Origin: Auanema rhodensis
Lineage: Eukaryota; Animalia; Nematoda
Direction of reading: 5' to 3'
DNA: 64,000 bases
Assembly (NCBI GenBank): GCA_964057225.1
Contig: OZ059894.1
Span: 6,448,001-6,512,000, forward strand
Shown: piece by piece, positions 42,601 through 56,555 of the stretch
Numbering within the stretch: position 1 is the first letter of the stretch
Layout of the letters: every line of letters starts with the position of its first letter
Program-made: the position numbers and the translations under genes
The notes under the pieces: model-generated
What the model was told of the DNA's origin: nothing
Databases searched by the model: none
What the model saw: the letters and a program-made list of their open reading frames with translations, nothing else

Positions 42601-45600
42601 AATAGTATTCAAATATAGCCGGTTTGCATAGTCACTTAACTTATTTTTATAGCTTTAGATAGCTTAATATCTGATTGAAACTTATTTTCTTCTTTTCTAC
42701 GAAAATTTCTTTTTCATTCTGGTCTGTCACCTCCACGTTTTTCTTCAACTCTCTTTCTCACACTTTTACTTTTATATTTTTTCAGCTTTATTTCTTATCA
42801 AAAATCGAGAAGATGTGAAGGAGCAACACAATGAATCAGAAGCATAGGAATTGAAGTAAAAGGCACTAGCCCAAACCAGATTTATTGGTACCATATTTGG
42901 CGAAAACAGGCTTTCTAAATATTGCGCTGCTTTTGGACCATCCGTCATTGGCTGCGCTCAATAAAACTGCTGGCAGACAATTTGCAGACATTTGATGCTG
43001 CCATATGACAATACTGTTTTTCTTCTATTTTCGGCATAGTAGCCAAGAGAAACAATGAAGGTTTCTTGGGAAGCATAGCTTTATTCTTTTACTACACTTT
43101 GGCAAAGTTGCATGGCAGTAATCGTGCGCCGACGGCGATAGATTCACAAGTATAATCCGGCGTCGGGCACGGAATGTAGTCCAGACATCATTCTCTTCTG
43201 GTCGAAAAACGTTTCGCTCTAGCCAAAATCATGTTATCGGCTCATTTGGGTTTCCTAAAAGGAGAATGTTCGCACCTCTTCTGAACAATATAATCAAGAC
43301 CTAATTTGAAATGCGAACTTGAAATCTTATTATCTGAAATACGTTATGCACTAGACCATTAATAGTGCTATTTTTGTTCAATATTTGAGTAAAAACTTTT
43401 CTTCTGATGCCTGATTGGAGCGTCTAATTTTTTTTTGAAATGGAACGGAAAACAATAGGAAAAATCGTGGGCTCGTTATAGGAGAAAGCTGAGATTTAAA
43501 CACCGGCAGTCAGAAGAAGGTAAGAAGACGCTTTGTCACTGTTTTCACCAAACTATATAAACCAGGTAAGTTAACTTCAAAAAAATTAAAAAACCGAATG
43601 GAAAGGTTTTTGTTATCCGAATGACGGATGAGTTGGTGCAGATAAGTTGACAGACGACGAAAAGAGAGTCAACATTCAGAAAGTGAGAGAAAAGAAAAAA
43701 GAGGGTAAATGTGAGAGGGGTACGAACCAATGAAAAAACATTACAATGGTCCCTTTAAGTAGCAAAAGGACTTGTATGTCAGACTGGAGCTTGAAACCGA
43801 AAAAACAAACTTCTATTCCGAAAGTGGATTCTCGTTGACGAAACGTTAAGAGCTTAAACAGCGGTAAATCAACAATAAACAATCAGAAATGAATGTTAGA
43901 ATTTACGATAATATTCTATTTAAAGACAGAGAAAAGAAACCAATATGTAAGCTGATACTAATGTGATAGAACATGAAAGGAGTTGTATCATCTGAGCCAG
44001 ATTGTGTCAAGCTCAATGCGGAGCATGTGAATTGTGAAAACCTGAAGTTCATCGAGGCCAACTTCCGTTATCACCAAATGGCATACGGAGGTAAAAGCTG
44101 AGACGACGCCGAATGAAAGTTCATGCATCGAATTTTCGAGAACAAAAAGTTCAACGATTGAATTAGGAACAATAAGGACAAATCAAAATAAATTATACAA
44201 TAGAAAACAAAAGTCTTCTTCGTTTTTTTCTCTTTTAAATATTATGGGATTCAATATTGTAGCTCAATGAGCATTTTTTCAGTTTTCAGGCTCAACTATT
44301 CAAAGTTGAAGGTGTTTGAGGGAAGAAGAAAAGGAACTAACTTTGCTTTTTTTTTCGAAGAAAAACAACAAAAATACTGATTTTAGCTCAATGGATTTTC
44401 GATTTAGATAAGCGTTTTATAAAAGTAGCAAATGCTGATAAATGCTATTGAGAATAAGAAGTTTGTGATGTTTAAAGTATAATAATATCAATAAAAATGT
44501 ATTGAACTCCATGGAACCAATAAAATTTGTAGAGGAACTTTCTTCGGATGTGTGTATATGCTCAATCTCACATATAATGCTCAACTTGACCAGACTAGTA
44601 AACATGAAACCATGTAACGCTAGAGTAGACTGCTTGAGGAGATTGGAGACCAGTAAGAGGAATAGAATAGACGGCTTGATGGGCAGAGGGAAATGCTCAA
44701 AGGCTAGTTCGAAAGAAGGATTAAACATGCATATACGGAGAAGTTTGATGATGATAGTTTGATCACAAGATGTCAAACAAACCAGAAGCTAGATACATAG
44801 CTGTTCAAAATTGAAGATTTCAATGTTTATGTATCCAGATAATCATTAGATGAAAAACAATTTGAATCAGAGTTCAAAATTGAAAAATATTCTGAGAAAA
44901 ATTGATGCATCTTCCTATGTAATATCACACATAAATTCTCTAGTTTTATACATATAAATATGTCAGCCTAATGATGGAACATAATGAAAGAAATTGAAAA
45001 AAAATGAAGTAAACGAGTTGAATCATAAATGAAAACACCTGAAATAATTTTTTTTCAATAATAGATGGATTTTTGAAAGAATACATACTTTTTTCAAAAA
45101 TATTCAGTCGATGTTTTCAGATTTAAACAATTTTGCAAATTTTTTTTCTCTCTTGGAATAAAGTAAGTTGGAAAAAATACAAAAAAAAACAGCCCAAAAT
45201 GTTAAAGGAAATGCTGATTATCTCCCTATCTAAACGAGAGAAAAAACATTTTAAAGATGTGTAGAAGGTTTTTTATGTTTACTGCAGCTTTAAGCTGAAT
45301 AAAACGGCCGGTAAAGTTTTTTTCGTCTTTGGTTTAGGCACAATGAAAGGAATTTCAAGTTTCATCACAGTTGTACCTTTAGCTTCATTTTACTGAAATA
45401 CACTAGTTAGCAGGAACTATCGAAATATGATGTGACAAAGTCAGAAAAACGATGATTCATTTTATACAAGCGAGAATGATTGAGAAGAAAATCAAAAATC
45501 AGGCTAAGCTTGCCAGTGTTGTGTGCTGTGACTGCAGTAATAAGCTATAACAACTTTCCGATAATATTATATCAGTACTATTTACAGATTCAGAGAAATA

Positions 45601-45815
45601 ATAATCCCTTGTATTCTGCTAGACAAGACTTCAATTTGACATCACGGGTATGAATTGGATACGCATGGAGAAAGAAACAACAAAAGACGAAGAACAGATA
45701 CTAAGTGATGAGGAAAGAAATCAGAAAAAAGCAAAGAGAAAGAGTTTCAAAGAAAGGCAGATAGAAAGACGGAAATGGAAAAAAGAAGGAATTGGTAAGA
45801 AAAGAAAAGATATGA

Positions 45816-45883
45816 AGAGAGAGAGAGATAGAGAGACATAGAGAGAGAGAGAGAGAGAGAGAGAGTAAGAGAAAGAGAGAGAG
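45816..45883. repeat. Interrupted (GA)n microsatellite
   Basis: Directly visible GA dinucleotide runs. Confidence 0.9.
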
Positions 45884-48800
45884 TCTGATCAGGTAACTGT
45901 GATTTCGCAATCTCAGTAATGGCTATCTCAGATCTAAACCAAACAAGGTTTCCAATAATCCTTGGGATTGACTGAGAACAGCTGAAAACGGAACTGGAAT
46001 GATAGATGGTGAGTGATGAAAGATATATGTTTAGACGTATTAAGAATAGTGCCAGCTTAGTCATTGAGGGTTGCTTGTTGTGTCGGCTAGTAGCTAATGG
46101 AGCCTAGTATAAGAGAATCGATAGCCGAAAGATGGACAAGAGGGACAGCCATGGGAGACAAGCTAAAAATTGGAGGGCTTTGTACATTCTTTAAAGAGAA
46201 TAAGAGGGAAAGAGATGGGGAGGGTGTTCGAAAAAGTGAAGGAAATGGAAACAATAGAAAAATAAGAAAGAAACCTGTAAATGAAAATAAAAAAAAAGAA
46301 TAACAAAGAAAAAAGGTTGAAGCTAGTAGAAATAGATTTAAAAACAGTTCAGCCTGGAAGTTGGTCTTCCAACGTGTAACAGATGTACGGAATAGCTAAC
46401 TAATGAATTGCATGTATTCTCTTTAAAACTTCGCACAAGCTGGAAAATCATCTGACCATGAGGTTTAAATCTCGAAAATTGATGGATGACGGAGGGAAGT
46501 AAGGAGAGCCTAAGTGTTACTTCGAGAAAAATGAAGCAGTTCCATGATAAACGTGCAAGATGAAAATTTTTAAACAAAAAATGTTGCAATGTGTGAAAGT
46601 TGTAGGGAGAAAGAAATAAGTTTCAAAGGAGCTAAAGAAGGGAAAGAATAAACTTTGGTATAAATTTTGGTGGTTGAAGTAATAGCTGTCGCTTAGTATG
46701 TTTCATTGAGGGAATGAGCTGCTCGTATAGGCTTTGGCTTGTCATCAATCGGCTTGTCGCATATAAGATATGATATGACGTCACACTAGGAGAAGACCAA
46801 GAAATAGTTGATGTGGATATTGCAAGATATGACTGATAAGATATTGGTGAAGATGAACGCTTATATGAAAAAGTAAAGTTTGTCAGTTTTAGTTAAGTAT
46901 ATGTACAAAAATGAACTAATTTCATACAAGAATAATATGTAACTGAGTTACAAGTTATGAACGGCATATCGATCTATGATCGCAAGAATTTTGTCGTAAA
47001 ATTTTACACCAGCTTAGGTTATTAATCGACTGAAGATGAAACTTTGAATTTATCTGCTGAGAGTCATAGTGGATGCTCTAGGAGGAGTAGTCATTGGAAA
47101 ATTGACTGTTTAGACTGATGTAACAGATTAACTTGAACTATGTGAATGAAACTTTTAACGGAAACAAAGTAGATTAACATCATTAAACTCAATGTAATTT
47201 GATGCTGTAGTAAACTATAAGTTCAGACTTAGATGGAGGAGCTGGAATGCAACTTAACTATATCCGTATTTAGTAAAATATTTTGATTGTTGATGGATGA
47301 GGAATGTTGGGGAGGATGAAGAATGAACGAAAGGGCAACATCTGACGTCAAAATAGCTCGAACAGAAAAAAAGAAAGAGAATGAACGAAATTAGATATAA
47401 AATACTTTAGCCTGAAACTGAGCAGTTCAATTTTCATAAAATTATAAAAAAGAAATCAATTTTTTTTTTCAGAAAATGAGAAAAGCAGCTTAATTTGAAC
47501 ACCATTAATTATATTCAGGATATGGAATATAGCAGAAAGAGCAGAAAGGTAGTAAATAAGTAAAAATTACTATTTTTTTGCTTCACAGGAGCACGAGTAC
47601 TTAGTTTAAAGGCTTGTTAGAAGCTCATTAACGCAAAAGAATGGATATACAGTTATATTTTAATAGGAAATAAAAAATTATGAGTATTTTAAAAATATTT
47701 TTTTGATGAAAAATTAGTTAGCTACGCAACAATTTTCATAATTAGACTTTATAATAGTGTATACTGTATCAAAAGTATACTTAAATTTTTTGAAAATGTC
47801 TTTAATTTTCAAAAATATTTCATTATATGTAGTAATGCAGTAGTGAGAATAGATAGCGGGTTAAAAGGGTTATGTGGTCTACATAGAGAGGACACGGCTG
47901 GTGCTGTGACACTTTGGGGTTTAAACTGCGAAGAAGAACGCTCAAAGTCTTGAACTTGGAAACTATTCATGTAATCCTTCGCCCTTTGTGACCAACCAAA
48001 AAATGAATGAGGAACTGAGATTATTTCATGGAAAATTTGAACAAGAACGTTATAAGTAGTTGGGTAGATAGACAAAAAAGAAAATGATGAGCTTAGAAAG
48101 GAAAAAAATTGAAAAAATGGGGATGAATTATGTGTCAAAGTTGTGACATTCTGAACTCAAAAGCTGTCTGTCTGCAATGCACAGAAGAACTAAAAATGTC
48201 AGAAAGAACTATTTGACATAAGACAGAATATATGTCATTTTCATGAATATACATATTGATTGAGTTAACTATTCGCATGTTATTTAGCAATATACATATA
48301 CATATATTTCTTTAAACAATTTACAGCAAACATTATAAGTTAGATGAGAAAAATGAAAAATATTGCTCACAGTTATGAAGACATGTCAGGAATAGCTTTG
48401 GAGACTGCTGCTCTAGACAATACTCCTCCTTAACACGACATTACGTGGAACATATGGACAGATGTTGTAAACATGATTGGATTGTACATGCTTTACATGG
48501 TAATGCTAGGGGATATGATGATCAGAGCAGCAAGTACATGGATAATATGGGCTAATCCAACCTGCCCGCTGATTATTATCCCTAATTGGACATGTTTTGC
48601 CAGCAGTTATCCACAAAACGGATCAAGATTTGCCGGCACACGGGTCGGAGAATCTTAAAGTGCCATCTTATAATACAAAAATAGTGGATGGAAAGGTTAT
48701 ATTACTAATAGTATACTGCAATATGACAGCAATTGAGACATATTATGCATATGCTTTCTTACGAATACATCTTAGCATATCCCTGAACCTTTCTAAGACT

Positions 48801-51800
48801 TTCTATTCACAGATATTTCTATGGTAACTAGATTGATTGAGAGATAGATGATTCAGAATTTGACGTAAAGGATGAGGCTTGTTATGCAGATAAGGTTATA
48901 AACGAGAGGAACGGCAGAGCGAAAATGCATAATATTAGTTTTGAAGGTGCCAGTGTATACATATGGTAAAATTGAAAGTAAAATATTCGGAAGGCTAGAC
49001 AAAAATTTTGAATTCAAAAAGAAAATATAAAACTTAATTGATTTTTTAATATATTTTGTTTATTTCATTTTCTTATTAAATAAAATATACATAGTTTAAC
49101 TGATTCTTCGTTGGATCTGTCCTTTTGTATATCATAGAAAGTGCTTGAGAATGCAGCGAAATTCTGAATGCATTCCTAATATACGATGTGAATGAAAGCC
49201 AAGTAAAGAAGACTCCAAATGATATTTCTCCTAATAATAGAATTTTGATATTTAACAATATTTTTTTTTGTTTTTATTTCGATACAAATGAATGAAAACG
49301 GGAGTTAAACATGTAATTCTAAACTAGATAAATTGATCGTTCCGATAGTTTAAATTTTGCTTTAATCAGGAAACAGCTAGCGTAGAAAAAAGACAAAAAA
49401 AAGACAAAATAATTACAGTTGATGGATAAATATCCTGAATTTTGAAAGAAGAAAGGCACAAGAAATTAATGTAAATAGTCTACTGACTAGTTCCGAAATT
49501 GCATAAAACAGAGTGTTAAAGAAAAACATGACAGAGGTGAGAAAGATGCAAGTGATGCAAGTTGTTGAAGCTGTTCGCAATACTGAAGAGCTTCGATTTG
49601 AGATTATAAAGCTATGATAAGTTTGAATTTCTTCATTGATATGCATATACGAAAGATGGGTTGAGATAGAAAAGAAAAACGAGATATTTTAGCAACGGAT
49701 TAGAAGCAATATCCATGGGAATTAGTCTGAATTTTAAAGGCAATTGCGTAAAAATTTGATAAATTGGAATAGGATGGAGTAGAAATCCGAAAGAGGCGAG
49801 TTAGCTGTGTGGTGACCGAAGGAACGGAAAGATTGTGGCCGACGGGCAATATTTTAAAGTGAGAGCCCAACGGATAGATATTAGATATCCTTAGTTATAG
49901 CAATCTTGGATGGAGTGCGGATACTTTTTGCTTTCAGGTGAAGAGACAGCAGAAGCAATAAGTATGACTGAATGTAAGAATACAGATATGTAAGAGAAAT
50001 AGACAATGTGGATAAAGAGAGAAGTATATGATGAAGAATGGAGAAAGAGGCAGGGAATTGGGGCGATGTAGTGTAATGAGGAGAACAGTAGAGGCGAATG
50101 AAGCAAAAAGGAGAGAGGAGAAAGAGAATAGAGTGTTATGAAGGCAAAAGCAGAATGAACAGAATAGTGACTATGAGAGTTACTCCCGCTTCAATTCAAT
50201 TAAAATAGTAATATAAGCATATTAAGAAATAGATCAATTCTGGTTAATAGTTATGAGCTGGAACAGATTAAGGTAGTTGCTTGGGTTTAACACAGGTGCT
50301 TTCACATAACAAGGTTTGTAGAGTCTTATCTATGCCGTTTCTGATCAAGATTCAATTTGGGTAATCCAATTTGACCTGAGAATAAGAAAGAATAAAAATA
50401 AAATTACTTCAATAGTTTTTGGAGGGTTTTTGCCTTTTTCAGGATAAAGTGTGATAACTAACAATATCGTTTTAACCAGATAAATGATGTATAAACATGA
50501 TATATTATATGAAGATAGAAAAATCATCAAAAAAAATTCAAAATTCTAAGAAATTTAAAAGTAAAAACGAAATTGAAATGAAATGTATGCGTTCAGTAAT
50601 ACGGAGTAATATAACTCACAACTCTGATTTGAAAAGCTAACAAACAAGGCAATATCAGGACAAAAGCTTGGCAGAAAGCGTAAATGAAATGCAGTAGCTT
50701 ACTATATTGACTATACATATACTTTTTTCTCTTAAATTGTTAGAATTGAATTGTTAGAATCAATGGATGATACGAAATGAAAGCCGATGATGGATTCTTA
50801 CAAGTGGATTGGATTACAGAATGGCAGTGAGTTGAGGACAAGAAAGGAAAATATTCAGAAGCTTTTAAATCTATAAATATGTATTTAAATAGCTAACATA
50901 TCCTTAACGAGACAGATTTTGAGAACCAATGTACAAAATACTTAGCTAGAAATTTCATAATCTTGCTGAGATATATCAGACAAGCAATATACCCATAACT
51001 TGGCGATCAAAACGATAAGTCACTGTTAAAAATTTGAGAAGCAAAAATAAGTGTATGAATTGGAGATTTTGTTGAAAAAATTGATATTTCAATTTAAATT
51101 CAGATTCATTGTTCTTGACAATAACAATTGATTTAGTTCTGTCTTCCTCACAATAAAACAAGACGGAAAACAGCTTAAAGCAATAGCATGAGTTTGTCAG
51201 CTGCTTGAAAATACCTGATAGATAAGTAAAAACGGAGAAGTATTGAAGTGATAGTTTAATTCAAGAAGAGATTGGTCATCAGCTTATAGACAATATCTCA
51301 ATTCAAATAACAAAATAATGAAAATTCTATATTTCTATTTGAAAAACAAAAGAATTCTAAGCATTTCGAGTACAACCAAAGAAGTTGTAAAAGAAGATAT
51401 CACATCATAGAATACACTGTGTTTATCATGAACGTTTGGAATCATCTGAAAGTTCTTTTGAAAGCAAGCTTTTACGTTCTTCAATGAAAGTTCAGCAGAA
51501 ATTATTGAAGAAGAAACTTGAAAATACAAAAGCAGTGAATGTCAAAAGTTTGAAACATGAAAATATTGTTTGAGCAAGGGATATGTACAGAAAAAGAAAA
51601 GAAATATAACGTGAGAAGAAGAAGAACGCAGAGAAAGATTTGGAGAGAGATGAGGAGGTTGAATGGATGATTATCGGAATGAATGTATATATATTGAAAA
51701 CATACATACATATGTATATTATGTTAAGTTGTGATAATATATCTAATTTAAAAAGCATAAAGAGAAGCTGTGAGATGGTTGATCGAGCTAGTCAAGTGTT

Positions 51801-53989
51801 TTCATGATTGACCAAGATGAGCTAACTAAAGAGTGATGAGAGATGAGAGATGATAGGACATCGATTAACAGAAGAAAAATTGAAATGCTTATATACATAT
51901 ATACATAAAGGAAAAGAAAAATATGAAATAGAAGCTGATGAAATCGTTAGTAAGTGATAAACGTTAGGCGTTCGTGATATTGAATAACTGAAAGAACTTG
52001 ACGATAAATAGCAAAAAATTGAAATCATCTAGTGAAAACGATTACAATCAATTTGTTCATGTAATGGACTTGTATTTATTACTTTGTTTTCCTAACGAAT
52101 CGTCTCTTCAGCTAACCATTCAAAAAGAAAAATCGAAGACAACAATATGTGATAATAGTAAATAGGTAAATAGATGTAAGTATGTCATATTGAATTAATT
52201 CAGATTAAATGGCAATGAGCGTGATTAAGAGAGAGAGGGAATAAATGTAAAAGAGATTTAATGTAGACATTTATAAGACAGTTAGAGATAAGGTAAACGA
52301 AGGAGATAATAAAAGAGAATGCAATTGAAAGAGGATATAGATTTATAAAGAGGTGTCGAGATCGAGATACAAATGAGAGGACTGGATGAGATGATGAAAG
52401 AAAAGAGCGCAATTCCAATTTCTAGCAAATTTGTCAAGAGAGAAGATCAAAGAGAGACTGACCGAGAGATTCAGAGAAAGTGAAGAAAACGATTTGAACA
52501 GAGGAAATCAAATTGGTGATGAAGGGATCTATGGCAGCTGCTGCTCACTGCCATTTTCTTTCCATCTATTCTTCTTTCCGCTAGTATCTCAGTTTCGGTC
52601 CGTTGGTTGTCCGTTTGTCTCAAGCTCAATGCCGGAATGTTTGACCGGAAACGAGATTTCGGATCTGGACAGCTTTCGTCTTGCACGTTCTAATAGACAC
52701 ACTCTAGCTCAGACAGAGAAATGTAAAGAACTTGAGTTTTAGCGGAAGGGAGGACAAGCAGTCTAGCGTGAATCTGCCATCCGATTCTTACGCTGTTTGC
52801 CCTTGAACCAGATATTCTTGCAGAAAGTGAATTCAGTTAAATGAAAACCAATATGCTCTTCGAAATTAAAAAGTCAAAGAGTTGAATGGTATGTGGGCTA
52901 TCCTATGAAGTTTCAAGTTCAACAACCATGTGCATTACAATCGTCTTGATTTCAATTTACATTACATTCGAACAAAAAGATTTAAGAAAATGGAAAAGGA
53001 CTTCTAAGATCTTTATTAAATCTAAATCATATTGTAAACAAGAGAAAAAGAAGAAAACTATGATGATGAAGAACTGTGTTTACAATTGGATGGACTAGCA
53101 TCAGGATTGAACAATGGACAACAGCAGCAGATATACCAGAGCAGTTGTGTTAGATTTGGCGTTCTATAGCCATTGGCAATATCTTATGATAGTGAAAGAA
53201 TAACAAAAATAAAAAAATTGATAAATTAAAAAAAAGAAAAGAAGAAAGAATACTTCTGATGAAAATAATTATTAAAAAGAAACTCGGAATGAAGAATTAG
53301 GAAACAAAAAAATTATTTTCTTAACTACAAGAACACAAATATTCTTTTTTTTGTATTTTATAATGAAAATAATTGTTGTAATAATATAAATAGTACAAAT
53401 ATTTTTATAATATTCTTACATGTTCTAATAATATATTATAAGAGAGTATTGATATAGAGAGTTCGTGTATGACTATTACTTCCTCAATGTGCTGGTAACA
53501 AATTTATTCAGTTTAAAATCTTTTTTTCACGGTCAAGTTGGAAATATAATATTCTTAAGAATAAGATGATTTAGAATCATAAATTACTGTAAAACAAACA
53601 TCAATTTAAATTTTTTTTGTAATTGAAAAAGGTTTGAATGAACGACATATGTTCATATTCAAGCATAATCATCATCATTGTTTTTGTAAATTTGTATTTT
53701 TCATCTTTAAAAAAAAGTTTTGAAACAGATGTTTGTTTAAAATAAAGATATATATTTTTTTGTTTTTTAATAAGTAAGTATGAGAAATATATTAATTAAC
53801 TATTATTATATTGTAAAGAAAATTAGCAACCATTACGAAATCATTTTTTATAAACATGTTTTTGATTAATTTGTATATATCCTCAGGCTATGTGATGGTA
53901 ATTATTATTTCAAAACAATTTCAAAACAATAATACTATATATAAGCTCAGGATATTATTCATTTCTATTCTGAAGTGTTGGTGTTCGTT

Positions 53990-55252
53990 ATGGAGTTCAC
54001 CTTGAGCCACACCTTTAGGAACGTCAAGGATACTGATGGTCCTCATTACTCTGATCGTTTCATAAATAATTTTATTACATGGTAATTATCGAATTTTAAA
54101 ACAAATACTTCTGTTTTATAGGTTTATCGAAATTGAAACTTGGAATGAGGAAGACGAAACAAAAAAAATTGCTGTAAATCTATGTGCAGATATAGATGAC
54201 ACGAAAGTCCTCATCTCCGCGGATTGGAAGATAGATGGAGTATTAAAATGTTCTTTGGGAATCGAAAATTTTGATCAAAATGTAAGCTACTTTCCTTTTT
54301 TTTTTATTTACGTTTAATAAACAGTTGTCTTTATCTTCTGCGAATGGACAGAATACAGGTAAAACTCCGCTTTTTTCAACAAGCGTTGACCAATTTTCCC
54401 AATATTATGATGATGAGGACTTAAAGGTTAAAGTCATAATATTCGATAGAAAGTCCTCTAATCTGATGTAATCATAATGTTTTTCTTTATCGAATGTTTA
54501 ATTCTTAGGAATTTACCTACTTATAATTTTTTTCGTCCATTTTGTGGAACTGATTTCATTTTAATCGTCAAAGAAAGTAAATTATACTGCCATAGTCAGG
54601 TAAGGAATTTCAGAACCACTTCTCTAAGCTAATTTAGATCCTAAAAATTCACTCCAAGTTATTTTGTGGTTTGATTGGTGATCAATCATACGAAGAACTT
54701 GAAAGTATCAACACAGAAACTGATTTTGATTCAAAAGGTATACTTATATCAGATTGTAAAATAAAAATTATTATTTGAGACAACGTTTTTAACGTTACAA
54801 ACTTTGCCCCGGACGCGGATATATCCGCAAGCAATGTTTCAAATTTTCTCAACGAGTTATATTGTCCGACCATTAGTTTGACTGGTAAGATTTTATAAAA
54901 AAACAGTAACAAATTGTATTGTAGAGTCTAATGTTATGAAAGTTCTTGAACTTTCCTGGATGTTTGATGCTAAACTGGTAAAATACAATTGCGGAAAGTT
55001 CTTGAAAAACTACGATGGAAGCAGGTTATCAAAACATTCGATCATGTTTGCAGCATGGCTGTACGATATCGAGGATTTTAAGGTTTGAGTGTAGAAATTA
55101 AATAAAACAAATTTTCTTAACAGATGGAAACATTAGATTATGTGACATCACAAGAAACATTTTGTAATTATTTATTGGACCATAGATATAAAAATATTCC
55201 AATCAACAAGCAGTTAATGATTTGTGAATATTTTTTGAGAAAATTTCAATAG
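53990..55252 (+). CDS. MATH-BTB (bath-family-like) protein, divergent; multi-exon
   Basis: MATH-like start MEFTLSHTFRNVKD...HYSDRFINNFITWFIEI. BTB domain TDFILIVKESKLYCHSQILKIHSKLF...FLNELYC...NVMKVLELSWMFDAKLVKYNCGKFL. Ends FLRKFQ*. Confidence 0.8.
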
Positions 55253-56456
55253 AAGTAATATAATTGTGTAAGATTCGTGGAGTTTTTGCTTTTCTTTACT
55301 ATTATGTTTTTTTCTTCTATAGTATATGTTCATGCTCTATGAACCAGAGCTTTCATCAGAAACTAATTGAAGTTGTTTTGTTTTATTTTGAATTGTTAAA
55401 ATAAATGTTTTTTATCTTGGATTTAAACAGTAATATAATAAAAAATATTTAATATTCAAATCTAAAACAAACAAATATGAATTAATACTAAATACAACCG
55501 TTCACATAGTTAAAAATATAAAAAATAACAAATACTTTACGTTTTACGTGTTTGAAAAAATTGTTTTGTTACTGCAGCAATAAGGAATCGGTTGATAAGG
55601 ATATAGATTTATCTGTCCTATTGTTTTTATAAATACTGCTACAATTTGCTTAATATGGAAAGATCTTATTTCTATTTTGGGATTTTAACAAAATCGGATT
55701 TTATAAATTACATAGTGACGTATAAAACGTGCCTTTCTTTACAGATTATGTTTCAGTATACTGCATTCGAACAGTTTCTTTGTTTATTATTAGAACAAAA
55801 ATAATATTTTCTTTTTTTAACAAGTATATCACAGTTATATAAACAAATATAAGAAACTTGGATTGACAATTGCAAGCATTCAATCTTCATAATCAATATT
55901 TCTTGCAGAAAATACCCTTAGGAAGTTTAAGACACCTACAGTAATCCAGAAAAGAATTAATAAAACAATCTATTGTTTTATGTAAATGAAATAATTCAAT
56001 TTCAAAAGTTATATTTCCCTAATTAGGTTAAAAACATTTATAAGTTTCAAATTGAAAGTGGTAAGTTAAGGAAAGCAGCAACTTCTATATGTTACATTTA
56101 ATTGAACAAATTCGAGTTTTCAACCATTTTTCAAAATTTAGAACTGCAGACTAATACAAAACAAAACTAATAAATATTCCATTGAATTCTACCATTTGAA
56201 TAAAGTAACTGAAATACATATTGGTGATTGGTGATATCTTGTTGAGTCCGATTAGAAACGGCTAATAACTAGGATTTTCCGATTGCGTCATCATTCATCC
56301 TAAAACAGAGTTAAATCTTCTTTTCTTCTATAAAAACATGACATGAAGATTGAAATATCTTCATTTTTCCGTTAATTTTCATTCGAGTATATTCTCGCTT
56401 TCAATTTACTCTCGATATTTCATATACCTTTTTAGTTTAACCTATATCATATAGTT

Positions 56457-56555
56457 ATGGGACCAAATTTTATTCGTGACTTATATAGTAATAATGCTCC
56501 AAGAAGTGATGAACACCAAATTTCATCAAATCTTCCATATCAACAATCGCCTACA
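56457..56555 (+). CDS. Candidate first coding exon of an unidentified gene
   Basis: Acceptor-like TAG, then ATG, 33 open codons (MGPNFIRDLYSNNAPRSDEHQISSNLPYQQSPT) and a perfect GTAAGT donor. Downstream exons not established. Confidence 0.3.

Noticed and set aside
40900-53100. Numerous 60-120 aa ORFs rich in F/L/S or K/R/E
   Set aside because: Artefacts of purine/pyrimidine-skewed low-complexity DNA; no domain or splice support.
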